From Paludibacteraceae bacterium (GTDB lineage: Bacteria > Bacteroidota > Bacteroidia > Bacteroidales > Paludibacteraceae): a stretch of DNA of 64,000 nucleotides. The notes below the pieces were generated by a model that was given only the letters and a program-made list of their open reading frames with translations, did not search any database and was not told where the DNA came from. Made by a program: the position numbers and the translations under genes. How positions within the stretch are numbered: position 1 is the first letter of the stretch; each line of letters starts with the position of its first letter. The stretch spans positions 17,410-81,409 of the forward strand of contig JAXJUN010000028.1 in the NCBI GenBank assembly GCA_036309065.1, written 5' to 3'. Of the stretch, positions 10,624-20,123 are shown one piece after another.

Positions 10624-10659
10624 TCCTTATAGTCCTTATAGTCCTTAAAGTCCTTATAG
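10624..10659. repeat. 4 x 9-nt tandem array (TCCTTATAG / TCCTTAAAG)
   Basis: Units at 10624, 10633, 10642 and 10651. The last unit contains the stop codon of the upstream minus-strand porin gene. Confidence 0.9.
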
Positions 10660-11421
10660 TCGATAACTAAACGCCACATACCAGCCCCACTCGGACATGT
10701 ATTGTCCATCGATGGCAGGCTTTTTGACGAGGTTGTTTAGTCCAAAATCGTACCCACTTTGCAATCGATAGCGATCCCATTCCAAACCACCACCTACTCC
10801 ATATTGTATATTCGCGCGCACGAGTTCGTTTTCCATGCGATCATAGGGAGTAGTGGAAACACCCACACTCTCCAACCATTGTTGCGCACTCGCACTCAAA
10901 TGTGTTTGTAAATAATCATTTTGAGCTAAACCAACATGCAATTGTGGTCCGGTATAGAAAAATAAATTTAGTTTCTTCCATACAGGTATCGTGTAATACA
11001 CGCGCACAGGAATAGTTAAATGATGCGCCAATATGCGGTGGTGGATATATTCTGTTTGCGTGGAACTGATATCTGTAGAGCGCCAATGTTGGTCATTAAT
11101 ACCCAGCAATAGTGTGTAGAACACACCTGCTTGCATATCAAAATGTAGAGGTAAATGAAAATCAAAAGTAGCACCCACACGCGTGCCGTGGAGGTATAGA
11201 TCAGGGAAAGTGAGTTGTTGTGTGCGTTGTTGGTGCTGCGCATACCCCACCTCAATACGATAATCCACACCGAACACATAGGGCTCTTCTATTTTCTCCT
11301 TGCGTGTAGGGTCAAAAAATGTATTATCGGCTATCTGCATATCCGGCTTTTTGGTATCGTCTCCATACACCGATATCACCCCACTACATACAATACATAA
11401 TATAATCAAAAACTTCTTCAT
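10654..11421 (-). CDS. outer-membrane beta-barrel (porin-family) protein
   Basis: Signal peptide MKKFLIILCIVCSGVISVYG. Alternating-hydrophobic strands and C-terminal ...VAFSYRL. ATG at 11421 lies 2 nt after the psuG stop. The ORF-track start at 11427 is a TTG. Confidence 0.65.
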   Translation of the reverse strand: MKKFLIILCIVCSGVISVYGDDTKKPDMQIADNTFFDPTRKEKIEEPYVFGVDYRIEVGYAQHQQRTQQLTFPDLYLHGTRVGATFDFHLPLHFDMQAGVFYTLLLGINDQHWRSTDISSTQTEYIHHRILAHHLTIPVRVYYTIPVWKKLNLFFYTGPQLHVGLAQNDYLQTHLSASAQQWLESVGVSTTPYDRMENELVRANIQYGVGGGLEWDRYRLQSGYDFGLNNLVKKPAIDGQYMSEWGWYVAFSYRL

Positions 11422-11423
11422 AT

Positions 11424-12353
11424 TCAAATTTCGTAATCGGTTAGTGCTTTCGCTGTTTGTGCCGCTAAGCGCGCATTATTAAGTACTAATTGTATATTCG
11501 CATCCAAACTATCACCTCCTGTCAGTTCTTTCACGCGCGCTAATAAGAAAGGTGTACACTGCTTACCTCTAATCCCTTGTTCTTCCGCCTCTTGTAGCGC
11601 TCTATCAATCGCTGCATTAATCGTATCTGCTGGCATCGAGTATTGCTCTGGAATAGGATTAGTCACCAATACGCCACCTTTCCATCCGCATACACATTTA
11701 GCCTTGTAAATAGCAGCTAATTCATGAGGACTATCTACCCTATAATCCACACCAAACCCACTATGACGCGTATAAAAAGCAGGCAACTCTTCTGTTTGAT
11801 ACCCAATAACAGGTACACCTTTGGTCTCTAAATACTCTAAGGTGAGCCCCAAATCCAGTATGGACTTCGCACCCGCGCAGATAACCATCACATTCGTTTG
11901 CGCCAACTCCTCCAAGTCAGCCGATATATCAAAACTCTCTGCCGCACCACGATGTACACCACCAATACCGCCTGTGGCAAAGATAGAAATGCCTGCCATG
12001 GAGGCAATCATCATCGTCGTCGTCACAGTCGTGGCTCCATCCGCGCCGCGCGCTAATAAAACAGGCAAGTCTCGTCGTGACGCTTTGGTGATAGCACTAC
12101 CTTGTTTACCAAGGTATTCAATCTCTTCTTTGCTACAACCCGCTTTCAGCTTCCCTCCAATAACGGCAATCGTGGCAGGAATAGCCCCATTATCCCGAAT
12201 GGTCTGCTCCACTTTGAGAGCCGTTTCCACATTTTGTGGGTATGGCATACCATGACTGATAATCGTGGACTCTAACGCCACGATAGGCATGCCCTTATCA
12301 AGCGCCTCTTGAACCTCAGGGGATATGGATAGATAATCGTTTATCGAATTCAT
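11424..12353 (-). CDS. psuG: pseudouridine-5'-phosphate glycosidase
   Basis: Full-length colinearity with YeiN/PsuG (IndA-like), e.g. VALESTIISHGMPYPQN and IFATGGIGGVHRG. ATGA overlap with the psuK stop. Confidence 0.9.
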   Translation of the reverse strand: MNSINDYLSISPEVQEALDKGMPIVALESTIISHGMPYPQNVETALKVEQTIRDNGAIPATIAVIGGKLKAGCSKEEIEYLGKQGSAITKASRRDLPVLLARGADGATTVTTTMMIASMAGISIFATGGIGGVHRGAAESFDISADLEELAQTNVMVICAGAKSILDLGLTLEYLETKGVPVIGYQTEELPAFYTRHSGFGVDYRVDSPHELAAIYKAKCVCGWKGGVLVTNPIPEQYSMPADTINAAIDRALQEAEEQGIRGKQCTPFLLARVKELTGGDSLDANIQLVLNNARLAAQTAKALTDYEI

Positions 12354-13246
12354 AGTAATATATTTGCTATCTCAGGATTTACAGCCTTAGGACTCAATAA
12401 GGTGGCTCTCGCAGCCATCAGTCCATATTGTGCTGTCTGTGGGAAGGCAATACCCTTCGCGTGCGCATATACCACGCCCGCCAAGAATGCATCGCCTGCG
12501 CCTGTAGTGTTGATAATCTCACCAGGCAATGCAGGAAACAACCATTCTTCTGCCGCATTACGGCAATACACTCCTTTCCCACTCAATGTGATATACACAT
12601 GTGCCACACCCATATTGAGTAATGCCTGTGCCGCCTCCGCGTACGTGTTACATCCCGTAACAGCTAACGCTTCTTTCAAATTTAACTTCAGCGTATGCAA
12701 AAAGGGTAGTTTGCTCTTACGCAACGCATTCACTATACGATGAGCCTTCGTACTACTCACTCCATCCATAAAGAGTGGAGCAGTGGTTTGTTCCATCAGG
12801 TAACGAATAGCATCCTCGCCTATATTACTATCCGCAATGATATATTCGGATAGATTAATCTCACCTATTCGCTGTGCTAACCATTCGGGACTAATCATGC
12901 GCATACAATCTGTGTCTGCTACGCCAGCAATCATCTCACCACCATGGTTGTTAATACATACATATAAACCCGAACGGAGAGATGATGCACGCTCAGATAA
13001 ATGTACATCTATACCCTCTTGACGACAGTAATCATATAATAACCCACCAAACAAATCTCCCCCAAAAATCGTAAGCAATTGTACGCGCGTACCTAATAAA
13101 GAGAGATTATGAGCTATATTACGCGCCACACCGCCATACCCCACTTCTATATGCCCGGGATTGGAGTCCGCAGCAATAAAAGTGTCATGCAGCGTGGCAG
13201 ATAAATCCACGTTTGCACCCCCAATAATGCTAATAAGTGTATTCAT
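12350..13246 (-). CDS. psuK: PfkB-family sugar kinase, likely pseudouridine kinase
   Basis: PfkB motifs (IGGANVD..., GGVARNIAHNL, NTTGAGDAFLAG). Translationally coupled to psuG. ATG at 13246 (the ORF-track 13249 is a TTG). Confidence 0.75.
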   Translation of the reverse strand: MNTLISIIGGANVDLSATLHDTFIAADSNPGHIEVGYGGVARNIAHNLSLLGTRVQLLTIFGGDLFGGLLYDYCRQEGIDVHLSERASSLRSGLYVCINNHGGEMIAGVADTDCMRMISPEWLAQRIGEINLSEYIIADSNIGEDAIRYLMEQTTAPLFMDGVSSTKAHRIVNALRKSKLPFLHTLKLNLKEALAVTGCNTYAEAAQALLNMGVAHVYITLSGKGVYCRNAAEEWLFPALPGEIINTTGAGDAFLAGVVYAHAKGIAFPQTAQYGLMAARATLLSPKAVNPEIANILL

Positions 13247-13261
13247 CAATGTATTTCTATC

Positions 13262-14140
13262 TTAGAAATATTTTATCTCCTCGCCTAAAATAGAACTGAG
13301 CAGATTATTGGCTAAACGACTGGCACCAAAGCGGAAGAATTGGTTATTGAGCCATTCATTACCCAATATTTGCTTTACCAATGTGTAGTGCTGTACCGCC
13401 TCATCTGTAGTGGCCACACCACCAGCAGGTTTATAGCAAACCTTAACACCTGTAGTCTCTTTCCATGCTTTAATAGCATTACACATCACGAAAGTAGCGA
13501 ATGGCGTAGCATTGATAGCAATCTTACCTGTAGAAGTCTTGATAAAATCCGCGCCAGCCGCCATAGACAAGATAGAAGCCTTCCATATATTCTCTGCCGT
13601 CTGCAAAGCGCCTGTCTCTAAAATAACCTTAAGATGCGCATCACCAATGGCAGCTTTGATCTCAGAAATCTCATCATACACCTCTTGGTAATTGCCTTCA
13701 AGGAATTTACCTATGGAAATCACGATGTCCACCTCCGTAGCACCTGCTTTGACTGCCATTGCGCTCTCCGCCACTTTAACCTCTATAAATGTCTGACTGG
13801 CGGGAAAACCAGCTGCAACAGACGCGATTCCAATCGGTTCTGTAAGCACTGCTTTGGCGGTCTCCACCAATGCGGGATAAACACACATCGCCGCAACATT
13901 AGGTATAGTAGGGAAATGCGTAGGGAACTCATTCACTTTCTTTGCCATACCCGCCACTTTGGCAGTTGTATCCTCGCCATTAAGTGTTGTAAGGTCTATC
14001 TGGTGAAGGCATTGTTTCCAAACTTCTACATTGTTATTCTCGGCAAAATGATTTTCTAAGATAGTATTCACTTGCGCTTGTACTTGCTCATCCGTCCATG
14101 GACATGGATACTGAGCGAAGAGTTGTTCAAACTTATTCAT
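13262..14140 (-). CDS. deoC: deoxyribose-phosphate aldolase (long form)
   Basis: DeoC-type TIM-barrel motifs (IDLTTLNGEDT, EVDIVISIG, LKVILETG, FIKTSTGK with the Schiff-base Lys). Confidence 0.85.
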   Translation of the reverse strand: MNKFEQLFAQYPCPWTDEQVQAQVNTILENHFAENNNVEVWKQCLHQIDLTTLNGEDTTAKVAGMAKKVNEFPTHFPTIPNVAAMCVYPALVETAKAVLTEPIGIASVAAGFPASQTFIEVKVAESAMAVKAGATEVDIVISIGKFLEGNYQEVYDEISEIKAAIGDAHLKVILETGALQTAENIWKASILSMAAGADFIKTSTGKIAINATPFATFVMCNAIKAWKETTGVKVCYKPAGGVATTDEAVQHYTLVKQILGNEWLNNQFFRFGASRLANNLLSSILGEEIKYF

Positions 14141-14163
14141 GGTCTATTATTTAGTGTTCAATA

Positions 14164-14862
14164 TTAATTAATGTCGTTAGTATTGATAGTAGGGTCATCT
14201 TGTAGGCGACCTATGATAGTCTCGTTTCCGCGTACGTGCTCGCCTACTTGCACAAACATCTCCGTATTAAGCGGTAAGTACATATCTACACGAGAACCCA
14301 ATTTGATAAATCCTAAATGGGTGTTACGGTGCGCTTGGTGACCAGGTTTAGCATAAGTTACTATGCGTCGAGCCATAGCACCAGCTATCTGGCGCACAAC
14401 AATCTGCACCTTAGAAGGAGTTTCTATCACCACCAAGGAACGCTCATTCTCAGTGGATGATTTGGGTAACCATGCCCCTTTATGACTTCCCTTCTGGTGC
14501 TCAGATACCAATATATTTCCCTCAATAGGATACCAGTTTGCATGCACATTGAATGGCGACATGAAAATAGAAACTTGTAGTTTTTTCTCATGAAAATACT
14601 CATTCTCTTGCGTCGGCTCAATCACCACCACACGCCCATCGGCTGGTGAGATAATGAAATTAGGGTCATCTATCTCTAAAATACGCACAGGGTTGCGGAA
14701 GAAATAAGTGACAAAAATAAGTAATGTGGCTGTAATAACTAATGTAATCCCAAATATCCAGTGTGAGAAATACATATACACAGGAATGTTAATCAGGAAT
14801 AATAGAAAGACAAGTCCAATAATGGAGTTACGCCCTTCACGATGAATACGAGGTCTTTTCAT
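14164..14862 (-). CDS. psd: phosphatidylserine decarboxylase proenzyme (short membrane-anchored type)
   Basis: Two N-terminal TM helices. C-terminal GFIKLGSRVD containing the LGS self-cleavage motif. Confidence 0.85.
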   Translation of the reverse strand: MKRPRIHREGRNSIIGLVFLLFLINIPVYMYFSHWIFGITLVITATLLIFVTYFFRNPVRILEIDDPNFIISPADGRVVVIEPTQENEYFHEKKLQVSIFMSPFNVHANWYPIEGNILVSEHQKGSHKGAWLPKSSTENERSLVVIETPSKVQIVVRQIAGAMARRIVTYAKPGHQAHRNTHLGFIKLGSRVDMYLPLNTEMFVQVGEHVRGNETIIGRLQDDPTINTNDIN

Positions 14863-14870
14863 ATTAGTGT

Positions 14871-14963
14871 TTTTTAACTTTTTAACTTTTTAACTCTCTA
14901 ACTTTTAACTCATTAACTCTTTAACTCATTAACTCTTTAACTCGTTAACTCGTTAACTCGTTA
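14871..14963. repeat. ~12 x 8-nt degenerate tandem array NNTTAACT
   Basis: TTTTAACT x3, CTCTAACT, TTTAACT, CATTAACT, CTTTAACT, CATTAACT, CTTTAACT, CGTTAACT x2, CGTTAC. The array fills the whole spacer between the stop of 14961..15392 and the start of psd, and includes that stop codon. Confidence 0.92.
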
Positions 14964-15392
14964 CTGCCACGCAGCATATGGGAATTGGGCAAGCATATCA
15001 GCCGCTTGATCTAATCCTTGCTGCAGTTTATTGCCAATCATCATCTTAAACATCATGGGAATATCTGCTTTTAAGGTCAGTTTGATGCGCGTGTCATTGT
15101 CTGCTAATTGCTTTAACTGCACCCAAAAATTGGCCTGCATTGGAATACCTTCCAATCCAAACTTAATCGTGTCATTCTCAATGCGATCTACAATACCGAT
15201 GGTTATTTTCTGACCCAATCCGTCCACCTTAATGCGAATCTGATTCTCACTTATTTCCATCTCTTGTATCTTATCCTTTGGAATCAAATCCTTCACTCGC
15301 TCTACATTCTTTAAATTGCTGAAGACACGATAAATCTGCTCAGCAGAAGCAGTAGAGGACACTATTTTGCTTTCATATTTAGTATCTGACAT
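14961..15392 (-). CDS. SRPBCC-fold (CoxG/polyketide-cyclase-like) protein
   Basis: 143 aa with no signal peptide. Sequence pattern typical of SRPBCC ligand-binding proteins. Assigned by resemblance. Confidence 0.5.
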   Translation of the reverse strand: MSDTKYESKIVSSTASAEQIYRVFSNLKNVERVKDLIPKDKIQEMEISENQIRIKVDGLGQKITIGIVDRIENDTIKFGLEGIPMQANFWVQLKQLADNDTRIKLTLKADIPMMFKMMIGNKLQQGLDQAADMLAQFPYAAWQ

Positions 15393-15426
15393 GATAATTT
15401 AAATTAAATAAGTCCATTTGGCGCTG

Positions 15427-15434
15427 CAAAGGTA
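15427..15434 (-). promoter_or_regulatory. Bacteroidota -7 promoter box (TACCTTTG on minus strand)
   Basis: Plus strand reads CAAAGGTA, 35 nt upstream of start codon 15392. Matches TAnnTTTG. Confidence 0.55.
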
Positions 15435-15461
15435 TAAAATATTTTGCAAATACGCAAGTAT

Positions 15462-16169
15462 TTAATTTTTTTGTAATCTTTTTTGATATTTTTCTATCTG
15501 CAAGGAAGTAATTCGAATGCGTTTTTCTAATTCCCTAATATCACGAATCACTATCGCCAAATGGTAGGATTGTAGCAATGCCTTTTTATCGTTGTCATTC
15601 AGGTAAAAAACGGTGCCGCTTTGCGTCTCGCTCGCATAGCGAACCCGTATCCTATCATGCGCATAAGCATCAATGAATCGCAATGCCTGCATAGCTGTGG
15701 AATCCTCAATGGTGGTGATTTGATGCCATCCTTCGGCCTCAAAAGAATGTGTCTCTCCGCGCAAAACCAATTCCATATCTTGGGCTTGGAGAATGATATT
15801 TGGATGGCGAATAGGATGAGCGCCATAATAGAAGCACTTAACGATTGCAAGCCCATCATCTCGCACGATGGCTTGTAAATAAGAGCGTTGCGCATTGCGT
15901 GAACTACTTTGCGAAGGATGATAGTATTGCCCCTTGTCTTGATATTGCTCGTTTTTCTCATACCTGAATAAAGCCAATAGAGAGTCCACACTCGGAGTCA
16001 ATTTATCCAACTGAGATTGGTAGTATGCTAAACTCTTTTGTTGCTCTACTAATGCAGTGCTATCTTGCAGGTGTTTCTCTGCACGATAAACCTCTACTTT
16101 GGAGGCACGATGGCAACCAGTTAAGACTACCCATACCACTACTAAAAGTGTAAAAAAATGAAGTTTCAT
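15462..16169 (-). CDS. lipoprotein, unknown function
   Basis: Lipoprotein signal MKLHFFTLLVVVWVVLTGC. No family recognised. Confidence 0.5.
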   Translation of the reverse strand: MKLHFFTLLVVVWVVLTGCHRASKVEVYRAEKHLQDSTALVEQQKSLAYYQSQLDKLTPSVDSLLALFRYEKNEQYQDKGQYYHPSQSSSRNAQRSYLQAIVRDDGLAIVKCFYYGAHPIRHPNIILQAQDMELVLRGETHSFEAEGWHQITTIEDSTAMQALRFIDAYAHDRIRVRYASETQSGTVFYLNDNDKKALLQSYHLAIVIRDIRELEKRIRITSLQIEKYQKRLQKN

Positions 16170-16194
16170 GTATATAAATTTTCGAAATCGTCTG

Positions 16195-16202
16195 CAAAGT
16201 TA
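16195..16202 (-). promoter_or_regulatory. Bacteroidota -7 promoter box (TAACTTTG on minus strand)
   Basis: Plus strand reads CAAAGTTA, 26 nt upstream of start codon 16169. Lies in a divergent intergenic region. Confidence 0.5.
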
Positions 16203-16264
16203 CAACTTTTTTGCAAAAAAAGGAAAAAAAAACAAGGAAATTTGTGTATTTGATATTTTTTTTG

Positions 16265-16272
16265 TACTTTTG
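16265..16272 (+). promoter_or_regulatory. Bacteroidota -7 promoter box TACTTTTG
   Basis: TTTTTTTTGTACTTTTGCAGCG, 66 nt upstream of ATG 16338. Confidence 0.55.
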
Positions 16273-16337
16273 CAGCGTAAAAATGTGGGCATATCCATAA
16301 AGTATATCATTAAACAACCAAAATACACTAATTTAAA

Positions 16338-18023
16338 ATGAGAAAGAACTTATTTTTAAGCCTCATTGCAGCAGTCGCAGTGTTGGCATCTTGTAACAAG
16401 ACACTTCCCCAGCCAGAGCAGATTACGGTTAATCCAAATCCGCTGGAGAAGGTAGGAAACAAAGTGAATGCAGAAATCACAGGTACATTCCCTGTTAAAA
16501 AATTCGTTAAGAAGGGTGTACTCGTTGTTACTCCAGTATTGAAATTCAACGGACAAGAGGTAGTAGGTGAGCCTGTTACTTATGTAGGTGAGAAAGCAAA
16601 AGAGAATGGAAAGACCGTTAGCTATAAATTAGGTGGCACTTATTCACAAAGCTGCTCTTTTGATTATGTGCCAGCAATGCGTAAGTCTGAGTTATATCTC
16701 CGTTTCGAGGCTAAAATCAAGAATAAAGTGATTGCAATTCCTGATTTGAAAATCGCTGATGGTGTGCTCGCTACATCTGAGTTAGCAGAAGCTAAGGATA
16801 ACAAGACCGCTGCTACTCCTGACAAATTCCAACGCATCATCCAAGAGGTAACAGAGGCAGACATCAAGTTCCTTATCCAACAAGCAAACTTACGCTCTTC
16901 TGAGACTCGCTCTGAGGGTGTGAAGAACTTACAAGCAGCTATCAAAGAGGCTAATGATAACGAGAAGAAAGCTATCAATAAATTAGAGGTTAGCGGTTAT
17001 GCTTCTCCTGATGGCGCGCAAGATTTGAATGAGAACTTGGCACAAAATCGTCAAAAAGTGGCTCAGAAATTCTTGAATAAAACATTGAAGAAGAATAAGA
17101 TCACCACTGAGGTGGCTTCTACCATCACTGCAGAGGACTGGAAAGGATTCCAAGCAGCTATGGAGCAAAGCAATATGCAAGATAAAGAGTTGGTATTGCG
17201 TGTTCTCTCTATGTACACCGACCCAGAGGAGCGTGAGGCACAAATCAAGAACTTGAGCGCAGTGTATGGCACAATCGCAGAGGAAATCCTTCCTGCTCTC
17301 CGTCGAAGCAAACTCATCCTCACTACTGACCTTATCGGTAAATCAGACGAGGAGATTGCTGCATTGGCAAAGAATGATCCTGCTCAATTGAATGTAGAGG
17401 AATTGCTCTATGCAGCTACACTCACAGCAAACGAGAATGAGAAAATGGCTATCTATAATAAAGTAGCTGAGCAATACAATGACTATCGTGCATGGAATAG
17501 CATGGGTCAAATCTACTTCGAGAACGGCCAAATCGCTTCTGCTCGTGGTTGCTACAACAAGGCATTAGCTATCGAGCCAAACAATGCAAATGTAAATTAT
17601 AATGCAGCATTGGCAGCTATGGCTGATAACGATTTTGCAAAGGCAGAAGAGTACTTCGGTAAAGCAGCTGGTGCAGATGCTAACTTGAGCGCAGCTATGG
17701 GTACTATGTACACCATGAAGGGTGATTATGCTGCTGCAAAGAAAGCATACGGCGCAAGCGCAACCAATAACGCAGCTGTTCAGCAAATTTTGGATGAGGA
17801 CTACACCGCTGCATTGCAGACTTTGAATAAAGTGCAAAAGCCAAATGCTACTACCGCTTACCTCAAGGCTGTTGTGGCTGCTCGCACAAACGACAAAGCA
17901 AGCGTGTATAGCAACTTGAAATCTGCTATCGTTTTAGATCCAGCTATGAAGGCTCGCGTACTGACCGATATCGAGTTCGCTAAGTTTGCAGAGGACGCTG
18001 AGTTCATGGCAATCGTAAAATAA
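16338..18023 (+). CDS. lipoprotein with C-terminal TPR repeats
   Basis: Lipoprotein signal (AVAVLASCNK). TPR-like repeats (AWNSMGQIYFENGQIASARGCYNKALAIEPNNANVNYNAALA...). Central segment EVSGYASPDGAQDLNENLAQNRQKVAQKFL is loosely OmpA-C-like. Confidence 0.6.
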   Translation: MRKNLFLSLIAAVAVLASCNKTLPQPEQITVNPNPLEKVGNKVNAEITGTFPVKKFVKKGVLVVTPVLKFNGQEVVGEPVTYVGEKAKENGKTVSYKLGGTYSQSCSFDYVPAMRKSELYLRFEAKIKNKVIAIPDLKIADGVLATSELAEAKDNKTAATPDKFQRIIQEVTEADIKFLIQQANLRSSETRSEGVKNLQAAIKEANDNEKKAINKLEVSGYASPDGAQDLNENLAQNRQKVAQKFLNKTLKKNKITTEVASTITAEDWKGFQAAMEQSNMQDKELVLRVLSMYTDPEEREAQIKNLSAVYGTIAEEILPALRRSKLILTTDLIGKSDEEIAALAKNDPAQLNVEELLYAATLTANENEKMAIYNKVAEQYNDYRAWNSMGQIYFENGQIASARGCYNKALAIEPNNANVNYNAALAAMADNDFAKAEEYFGKAAGADANLSAAMGTMYTMKGDYAAAKKAYGASATNNAAVQQILDEDYTAALQTLNKVQKPNATTAYLKAVVAARTNDKASVYSNLKSAIVLDPAMKARVLTDIEFAKFAEDAEFMAIVK

Positions 18024-18035
18024 TAACGAATCAAA

Positions 18036-18272
18036 ATGTCTGTACTTTTTCCCAAAGTACAAAAACCCCGTAAGTGGGATTATCGTCCCATCTATTACGA
18101 TAAGGATAAGGAGGCGCGCAAGGATAGAAGACTTGCGCGTCTTCATCGCGGGGCTTTCCGTGAAGAGCACGAGAAAAATATGACCACATACCGCCAACGC
18201 GGGAAATCCAAATTATTGCTTTGGGTGGCATTATTATTAATGCTGGTCTATATATTCTATAAATTCTTTTAG
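18036..18272 (+). CDS. small basic protein with C-terminal TM anchor
   Basis: 78 aa, starting 12 nt after the preceding stop. Highly basic N-terminal part, then the hydrophobic tail LLLWVALLLMLVYIFYKFF. Confidence 0.45.
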   Translation: MSVLFPKVQKPRKWDYRPIYYDKDKEARKDRRLARLHRGAFREEHEKNMTTYRQRGKSKLLLWVALLLMLVYIFYKFF

Positions 18273-18302
18273 TATTCAATACCCATCATTTTTTTTGCGG
18301 AT

Positions 18303-20111
18303 ATGGATATTATTCGTCTATTACCAGATAATGTAGCTAATCAAATCGCAGCGGGTGAAGTGATTCAACGCCCTTCTTCGTGCTTGAAGGAGTTGGTGGA
18401 GAATAGTTTGGACGCGGGGGCAAAGCATATCCAAGTAATCGTGCGCGATGCGGGGCGCACCTTGCTACAAGTGATAGACGATGGATGTGGCATGAGCGAG
18501 ATGGATGCACGCTTGTCTTTTGAGCGACATGCAACAAGCAAGATCAAGCAAGCAGAAGACTTATTCTCCCTCCGTACAATGGGTTTCCGAGGAGAGGCCC
18601 TGGCGTCTATATGTGCGGTGGCGCAAGTGGAGATGCAGACGCGTAGAGCAGAAGATGAAACGGGTACACTCATCGAGGTACATGGTTCAGATGTGGTACG
18701 CACAGAGGTCTGTAGTTGTCCCGTGGGAACTAATGTGCGCGTGCGCAATCTTTTTTTTAATGTACCTGTCCGCCGTAAGTTCCTCAAGACAGACCAAACA
18801 GAACTACGCAATCTGCTGCATGAGTTTTATCACATTGTGCTGGTATATCCTAAAGTGGCATTTACCTTTGTGCATAACGATGAGGTGATATTAGAATTGC
18901 CCATCGGTACAGAGAAGCAAAGGATAGAAGCAATCTTTGGTAATCCCAAGCGCAATGTATATACTTCCAATTTCGTGGATGTTAAAACGGAGACAGAACT
19001 GGTCTCTATTCGTGGCTTTGTAATCAAACCAGAGAACGCCACCCGTAGGGCAGAGCAGTTCTTCTTTGTAAATGGTCGTTATATGCGTCATCCCTATTTC
19101 CTTAAAGCCATACAGACAGCCTATTCGGGAATGTTGCATAGCGATTACCAACCTTCCTTCTTTATCTATTTTGAAATAGACCCGCAGTCGATAGATGTCA
19201 ATATTCATCCTACCAAGACAGAAATTAAGTTTGCGGATGAACAAGCTGTTTTTCAGATCTTAATGGCTTGTGTGCGAGAGTCTTTGGGTAAGTTCACTCT
19301 CTCTCCGCAAATAGATTTTGATACTACGGGTAGCATAGATATCCCCCTGCCTACAGATCAGGTCGTGGAGCAACCTCAAGTTCGTTTAGATCCATCCTAT
19401 AATCCTTTTCAAACGAGATCTACATATGCTCCAGCACAACCAGTACAACCTAATTGGGAATCACTTTACCCCTCTTCTCCTCAAATACCTGATTGGGAGG
19501 CCAATATGCCCACCGAAGATACTGCACCATTGCTGTCCACTCAGGATATAGAGCATTGTACCCCATGGCAGTTTAATGAGAAATATATCGTGGTGGCTAC
19601 ACAGCGTGGTCTTGTGCTTATCAATCAGCATCGTGCACATGTGGCTATTCTATACCAGCAGTTTATTGAGCAAATTGCGCATACGCAGGGGTCAACACAA
19701 CAACTACTTTTCCCCGAAGTGCTTACTCTTTCGCCAGACGAAATTGTATTATTAGAGCACTTGTTGCCAGATTTGCGTGCTATCGGTTTTGAGTTAGAGC
19801 AATTGAGCCCAGATAGTTATTCTATTTATAGTGTGCCTGCGCAATTAGTACATGTATCGCCCATACCTACGCTGCAGCATATCTTATCTTTGGTGCGTGA
19901 ACAAGGAATAGACACACAAAGCGAATGGCGCAAGCAAATAGCGACGGCTTTGGCAGAGAACGCGGCCATTCCGTATGGCAAGGCACTCACAATAGATGAA
20001 ATGCGTGACTTGATACAACGCCTATTCCAACTACCACAAGTGATGCGCACCCAAAATGGCAAAAAAATAGTGGCATTACTATCAAATGACGATATTAATA
20101 AACTATTCTAA
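18303..20111 (+). CDS. mutL: DNA mismatch repair protein MutL
   Basis: GHKL ATPase N-terminus (IAAGEVIQRPSSCLKELVENSLDAGA..., DDGCGM, GFRGEAL) and a MutL C-terminal dimerisation region. Confidence 0.93.
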   Translation: MDIIRLLPDNVANQIAAGEVIQRPSSCLKELVENSLDAGAKHIQVIVRDAGRTLLQVIDDGCGMSEMDARLSFERHATSKIKQAEDLFSLRTMGFRGEALASICAVAQVEMQTRRAEDETGTLIEVHGSDVVRTEVCSCPVGTNVRVRNLFFNVPVRRKFLKTDQTELRNLLHEFYHIVLVYPKVAFTFVHNDEVILELPIGTEKQRIEAIFGNPKRNVYTSNFVDVKTETELVSIRGFVIKPENATRRAEQFFFVNGRYMRHPYFLKAIQTAYSGMLHSDYQPSFFIYFEIDPQSIDVNIHPTKTEIKFADEQAVFQILMACVRESLGKFTLSPQIDFDTTGSIDIPLPTDQVVEQPQVRLDPSYNPFQTRSTYAPAQPVQPNWESLYPSSPQIPDWEANMPTEDTAPLLSTQDIEHCTPWQFNEKYIVVATQRGLVLINQHRAHVAILYQQFIEQIAHTQGSTQQLLFPEVLTLSPDEIVLLEHLLPDLRAIGFELEQLSPDSYSIYSVPAQLVHVSPIPTLQHILSLVREQGIDTQSEWRKQIATALAENAAIPYGKALTIDEMRDLIQRLFQLPQVMRTQNGKKIVALLSNDDINKLF

Positions 20112-20123
20112 TTATATGCGCTT

